From Phoronis australis (taxonomy: Eukaryota > Animalia > Phoronida), in the NCBI GenBank assembly GCA_002633005.1, contig NMRA01000178.1, positions 596,062 through 660,061 of the forward strand: a stretch of DNA of 64,000 nucleotides. The letters run 5' to 3'. Positions 58,279 through 64,000 of the stretch are shown here, one piece after another. The notes under the pieces were generated by a model, which was not told the origin of the DNA, searched no databases, and saw only the letters and a program-made list of their open reading frames with translations. Each line of letters starts with the position of its first letter. Position 1 is the first letter of the stretch. The position numbers and the translations under genes are program-made.

Positions 58279-58388
58279 GCAGTGGTTCGTCTCAAGATAT
58301 TTATGCCAAGAGGGAGTCTAAACTAAGTTATCAATTTGCCGATTTATCTCCTGAGGAAATGAACGACCTGATGCTGTGGGACATCAAG
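58279..58388 (+). CDS. TIR protein putative exon 3 (gene probably continues past the window)
   Basis: ttctctag|GSGSSQDIYAKRESKLSYQFADLSPEEMNDLMLWDIK|gtaat; phase 1 to 0. Confidence 0.6.
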
Positions 58389-58689
58389 GTAATCTAGACG
58401 ACTGATAAATTAAAGATACTTGTTTGCATCTAAAGTCTTCTATTTCAGCCCTCTGCTTTGTTTTATCATTGCGAAAGGATAAAATCAAGGCTTGTCTTTG
58501 GGGTGGCCTGTGGTTAGTTGTTTTTTTTTTTTGTTACCACTTTGAAATCGCGTAGTATGACGTTCGTCAAGTGAGTTCTTGCTTGTATATATNTCTCCGA
58601 CCATTGTCAGGTGTTCCTGCGTTCTTAGAAGTATGAATACGCATATTAAGTGGTACCCTAAAATGGTGTGATTTTTTGATTATATATTG

Positions 58690-58760
58690 TCCGAGGAAAG
58701 ATTTGAACACACGACATCTGAAACTACAGATATTTTGAGTCCAGCACCTTTACCAATAAG
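58690..58760 (-). mobile_element. Degenerate tRNA-derived SINE head
   Basis: Reverse-strand B-box (gatttgaac) and gagtccagcacctttacca pattern. Confidence 0.35.
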
Positions 58761-60378
58761 GAGAACAGACCGACGTCGTGACAATGTAAATAGACAAGAG
58801 GACGGTTAAAATAGACTAAAAGATTTTTAAAATAGTTGTAACACGCCACCACCTCAGAGCGGTTTTAGAACGCCAATTTTAGTTTTCTACTTTTGCCTCT
58901 GTATCTTTTGACCTCCTTGATATATTTTCACGAAATTAACCAAAAAAATGTTTCTATTGAAGGAACGATGGTGCCCTCCAGTTTGGACGATTTTGATGTA
59001 TTCTGTGCGACCTGGTTGCAATTTAAAAACTTGTGTACTTTTTTACCTCCGCCTTCCTACTCTCCAAATCACTCAAGTGATCATTAGGACAGACGGAGAC
59101 CTTTTTATTTAATCAGATACAAATATACAATACGAAACAAAGAGTATGGAAGTGCGTATGTACAAGCAGAAATATGATAACGACTGGTGACAAGGAGGGT
59201 GATTATGGTGAAAATGGCGATAGTGATGGTGGCGAAACCAACGGTGATACTAATGGGGGGGGGGAGATTGAGTGCGAACGTGAGGGTGATAAATATACTA
59301 CATTCAACGGAGCAATTCCACTATGATTTCAGAAGCCGCTAGTTCTCTATTACGATGTAGCCAGTCGACTAAATCGAAGCGTTTTATTGACAAGGCACAG
59401 ATTCCTGGGACCGCTGATCAGTTGCTGTAGTTGTTGCTTTTCTCTACTGATTGCGTTGATGATTTCCGCTATATGGGTACGTACCTTACGTAAGTAACGG
59501 GAGTTAAAATGACTTTCTAGACAATTGGGTACAATTTTTGGAAAAAAATATTTGTTGAAATTCTCAAGTTTTCCTGAAATCGGAAAGGGACTTTTAGATG
59601 AATTCCCCACAATTTTCCCTGTGAATTGTCGTTCGAAAATCGCCGTCTTCGTTGCTAGTTCCTCAAGTCTTTCGTCAGTTTCGGGATCTGCAACTAATAT
59701 GTTAAACGCTTCTGGAATGGTAAGGCGTCTTTGTATACGAATTCTTATCACAGCTAAAAGACTTCAAGAAGTGCACATGTCAGTGAGCTCTTTACAAATC
59801 AAAACACCGGAGCCCGATGGTCGGTGGGATGCGGTAGGAGGCCATCAGTTCTAACCTAGTTATATCCGGCCAAGGAGTTGTATAATTTTGTTCAAGTTGA
59901 GCAAGAATCGACATTACTCATGAGGCCGGTCTCACTCTGTTCGGTGACTCCGTTGTCTTGCACACTTGCACTTATCGGGTGCGGTACGGCTCCTGTGTGC
60001 TGATGGACTCGTCGGTTTGTAAATATATTGATGTATAATTTAAAGAACTCCCACGAATTATTCACCTGGATGTTGTATACAACAAATGACGAATGGCTAA
60101 TTGAGAAATGAACAACGAAGGCGACGATTTTTCAATAACATCAGTACGGTCTTCACAAGATGGCGTTGAATTTGTGTGAAGAGTATTTCTGGTTTCGGGA
60201 AATTTTAGATTTCGACAATTTACGGAAATGGTACCCAGCATCAAAGCTTAAAATTAGCGCTTTATTCAGTACATGCAGGCCTCGATTAAAGGGGGTAAGG
60301 TTTACAACACATACGCATTAGCAACAGGTGTACCAGAATTGCGTGTCGTAATTCCCCGCAACTCGGGTAACAGAATCT

Positions 60379-60865
60379 ATGGGCAGCGAAAAGGTTCAAA
60401 ATAGACAACACTGCCAAATAAACAAGTTACTTTTTAAACAGACAGGTTATTTGGTTCAGTTTTGGCAAACAGACAGGTTATTTGGTTAAATTTTGACAAA
60501 CAGACAGGTTATTTGGTTAATTTGCGACAAACAGACAGGTTGTTTAGCGAACGAACAAGTTAGTTCCGCCGAACAGACAGGTTACTCGCGCCGAACGAAC
60601 AGGTTACTTGTCGAACGAACAGGTCACTTCTATCAAACAGACAGGTTAGTCATCGAATGAACATGTTGGTCTTGCCAAACAGTATGGGCAGCGAAAAGGT
60701 TCAAAATAGACAACACTGCCAAATAAACAAGTTACTTTTTAAACAGACAGGTTATTTGGTTCAGTTTTGGCAAACAGACAGGTTATTTGTTCGTTCGCTA
60801 AACAACCTGTCTGTTTGTCGCAAATTAACCAAATAACCTGTCTGTTTGTCAAAATTTAACCAAAT
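60379..60865. repeat. aaacagacaggtta minisatellite with direct and inverted duplication
   Basis: 60379-60484 repeated at 60684-60789; 60789-60865 is the reverse complement of 60480-60556. Confidence 0.85.
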
Positions 60866-60869
60866 CTTT

Positions 60870-61238
60870 TGAGCATGAATTAGCTACACCCGACACACGC
60901 TTACAAAATTGAATATGCACTTGTTCTAACCAAGTTTATTCTGGAAAGTCCCATATTTCTTCGACTCCATAGCACAAGGTGGGGTAAATCATTTCATCGA
61001 AAATCTAAAAAGCCACACGTGGTTGCAACATGGTCAAGCTTCTTTGTGGCTTGTCGATTGTAATGGCGACCTTCGTGGATTGGACTGACAGGGTCTGAGT
61101 AGCCATGGACCACAATAACTTTTGCGTTAACACAACACCAAGATACTTGTAACTGGAAACCACTTCGAGTATTTCACCTTCAAAATACCACCTCTCGCAA
61201 TATCTCAGCAGATCTCTGTTTCTAAACACCATAACAAA
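60870..61238 (-). mobile_element. LINE ORF2 remnant (post-RT region)
   Basis: VMVFRN...ERWYFEGEILEVVSSYKYLGVVLTQKL.W and IFDEMIYPTLCYGVEEIW..EQVHIQFCKRVSGV. Confidence 0.8.
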
Positions 61239-61239
61239 C

Positions 61240-62940
61240 AAAACCCCGGGTAATTACGGAATTTCAAATGAGTGTTATTAAACATTTTGGGGGTAATTAA
61301 ATATGAAAGTTTAGAGAGTTTTATTCTTAGCTTCCAGTGGGGCAAGCTGTCTACGTCACAAAGACAAAGTGTCATAACTCTTATACTCAAAAGCAAAAAT
61401 AGTGAGAAACTTTAACTTGTTGTTAGTTAACTTGAGGCCAATCTTCTTCTTAAATTGTTACTACAAATTGATCACAAAGACCATTACAAATAGAATTTAT
61501 AAGTGCATGCACAAATTGATTCACCTTGATCAGACGTTATTACCTGAAAGGTATTTGTGAAATAATTCGATTAGTTAAAGATTTGGTGGAATATCGCAAA
61601 CAAATAAACTCCATTGTCAAATCATATTCTTCGATTTCAAGAAAGCATATGACACATTAAATTTGGATTTCTTTTTAAAAACTTTAAAAGCCTTCAATTT
61701 TGGACAAGGGGTAATAAGTAAAATAAAATGTTTGTATTATAAATTCTCATCCTGTGTGTTAAATAACGGATTCACCATTCTAACGACAGGGTGATTCACT
61801 GTCAAGACCCCCTTTTGTGTTTTGTGTAGGGCTTATGTCGCATTTCATTAGGAAGAATGATTATTTTCATGGTTTAAAATTTTATAATAACGAAATCAAA
61901 ATAGTTCAGTACGCGCATGACACCATTTTGTTCATTCAAGATGAGAATTCCTGAAAAGAATGTTTTAATTTTTTAAAAACCCTTTAGAAACATTTCTGGC
62001 TTACAATTAAACTCTGAAAAGTGCGAATTCACGATTTATATATTTGTGCTCGAGGTGGTGCACATTTTTTTCAAAAAATGTACAATATCTCTTGGCTACG
62101 AAAACCTATAAACAGTCATGGAATATATTTCAGAAAAAATGACGACGTTGAACAGCTGTATTATGGTAATGAAATTCAGAAATTAAAAGATCTATTAAAT
62201 ATTTGGAAAACTAGATATTTGACGACCACGGGTATGGTTCATGTTGAAAAACTCACGGTTTGTCTAGGTTGATACACGTTTTAGCCAGTAGTGAAGTTAC
62301 AAAAAATACGATTATACAAATAAATAAAGTTATCAGAGATTTTATTTCGTGTGAAAAACCACCACTTTACTTCCATATGAAGAAGGAGGGTTAAAATATC
62401 CTAGTGTGGAAATAATTAAAAATAGTCTCATGTTCAATTGGGTCAAAAGTTTAAATTCAGGGGGAAATGGTAGTTGGAAATTTTATCCCAAGTCTCTTTT
62501 AACTAAATTGGGTGGTAATTATGAGGAAAAAGAAATCGGAGAAATTTATGTTATGTCCTTTAGCGTTCCCATGAATCCTGAATTAAAGAACTTCGGGTAT
62601 CTCTTTGCCCACAGAAGAATATTTACAAGTAGGGCTTTATACCAAATAGGTGTACTTCAAAATGATAAGTGCCCTTATTGTGAGGAGTTACAGACTTTAC
62701 TTCATATGTTTTATTATTGCACATGTGTCATGACTTTCTGGAAGTCAGTGCAAGCACTCTTAAATAAAGCCCGAAATACTCAGCTCATGTTTACGATTTG
62801 GGACATAATAGAGTTTGTTCAAAACACTAATTAATTCAAATTGCAAATTAATTTGCAATACCATTAACACACTTGCGCTTTACTTTATTTATTAGACAAC
62901 AATGGCAGAAAATCCTATCAGTTTTAACGATGTTAAACTT
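61240..62940 (+). mobile_element. Tx1/L1-clade LINE reverse-transcriptase pseudogene
   Basis: KTPG..G..E...FW, RQSVITLI, RPI.LLN.YYKLITK, DFKKAYD, RQGDSLS, QYAHDT, C-terminal CPYC..LLHMFYYC; frameshifted. Confidence 0.88.
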
Positions 62941-63687
62941 ACAGAGACATGTACTTCGGACGCAAACGTGAATAAATGAGGAGGTCTGCAAGCATGTTTT
63001 TAATTGGTATTTTAGAAATGATCAGAGTTCCATTGTTATAATTATTTTTGTATTGTCATTTAAATATCAAACAACATTACACGATGTCATGTATTATTTT
63101 CCATATTGTCTATATGTACATGTTNNNNNNNNNNNNNNNNNNNNNNNNNNNNNNNNNNNNNNNNNNNNNNNNNNNNNNNNNNNNNNNNNNNNNNNNNNNN
63201 NNNNNNNNNNNNNNNNNNNNNNNNNNNNNNNNNNNNNNNNNNNNNNNNNNNNNNNNNNNNNNNNNNNNNNNNNNNNNNNNNNNNNNNNNNNNNNNNNNNN
63301 NNNNNNNNNNNNNNNCGTGCGTGCGTGCGCGTGTACATGTGTGTGTGATGTATCTGTTATTATTATTATATTTCTTTTCTTTTCATTGTGCATATTTTCA
63401 TCAGACACCATATCAGCACGGCGTGTTTTCTGTATGAATGGTGCGTGAAAGTTTCCCTGTCCCCCTTTTTACCTGTTCAGTTACATTTCATTGCCGTTAC
63501 ACAAACTGATTGTTTAATATTATATCCTTTTGTAAAAGATGTATCTGAGGCGCCCATTGTTTGGGTAATAAATATACGTCTATATATAAAAAAGATCAGT
63601 GACATGTAGTGAATGATATGGAATTCCAATCAGGTGACCAGAATATTGTCACCTGACTATATCTCGCCTGACTCTACCATTGCTTTG

Positions 63688-64000
63688 TCATAGAACTCCA
63701 GCTAGAATTATTTGGTTTAGTTGGGTTTTTGTGCTTGAACGTTTAAATGTAAGTTCACGTGGTTTGTACCTTATTGCTATTGTATTACTGTTCTTGTTCC
63801 AATATAACTCTTTTAAAGCTGCTTGTCCTCGTATATAAGTGTTGGCAAGTAGTTGCGCAGTAGTGTGTCCTTTTAGGTTTGATAAATTTCGTAGTTTTCT
63901 ATTTTTATGTCTTAAGCTTCTCAAATGGAAGTGATAATCACACATATATGAGATAAGGTACTTTTATAGGTAGTTGCGTATCTCAGTGTTGAAGTCACTA
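63688..64000 (-). mobile_element. Possible decayed retroelement (Penelope-like) fragment
   Basis: Basic ORF remnant with only weak resemblance. Confidence 0.25.

Noticed and set aside
51512-58388. TIR-STING, MyD88 or TLR assignment
   Set aside because: No STING ligand-binding motif, death domain, LRR or TM is visible in the window
60379-60790. Regularly spaced aaacagacaggtta repeats resembling a CRISPR array
   Set aside because: Eukaryotic context, short and related spacers, degenerate repeats and no cas genes; it is a minisatellite

Overview
Eukaryotic genomic DNA with introns, AT-rich, many transposons and several N gaps. It is most likely a heterozygous draft assembly of a marine invertebrate, probably a lophotrochozoan; this is inferred from gene and repeat types. 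Three protein-coding genes can be rebuilt from GT-AG exon chains with consistent phases. (1) A 15-exon Ack-like/PR2 non-receptor tyrosine kinase (SAM-kinase-SH3-CRIB-Pro-rich-UBA, about 1206 aa) on the + strand, 6486-26219. Two of its exons appear twice next to single-N joins, probably because both haplotypes were assembled. (2) A 3-exon type-I membrane protein of furin-like Cys-rich repeats on the - strand (51089-40185, about 627 aa), with a signal peptide and a tyrosine-motif tail but no kinase domain. (3) A TIR-domain gene on the + strand from 51512, with its C-terminus probably outside the window. The most interesting result is that genes 2 and 3 are head-to-head with start codons only 422 bp apart. 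The spacer holds a ~102-bp tandem duplication, each copy with a kappaB-like GGGAATTGCCC site, which suggests a co-regulated receptor/TIR module. The rest is transposon material: a ~6.4-kb palindromic hAT cluster, a Kolobok nested in a Harbinger MITE, remnants of Penelope, Tx1 and other LINEs and DIRS, a HINE, MITEs, tRNA-derived SINE heads and minisatellites.
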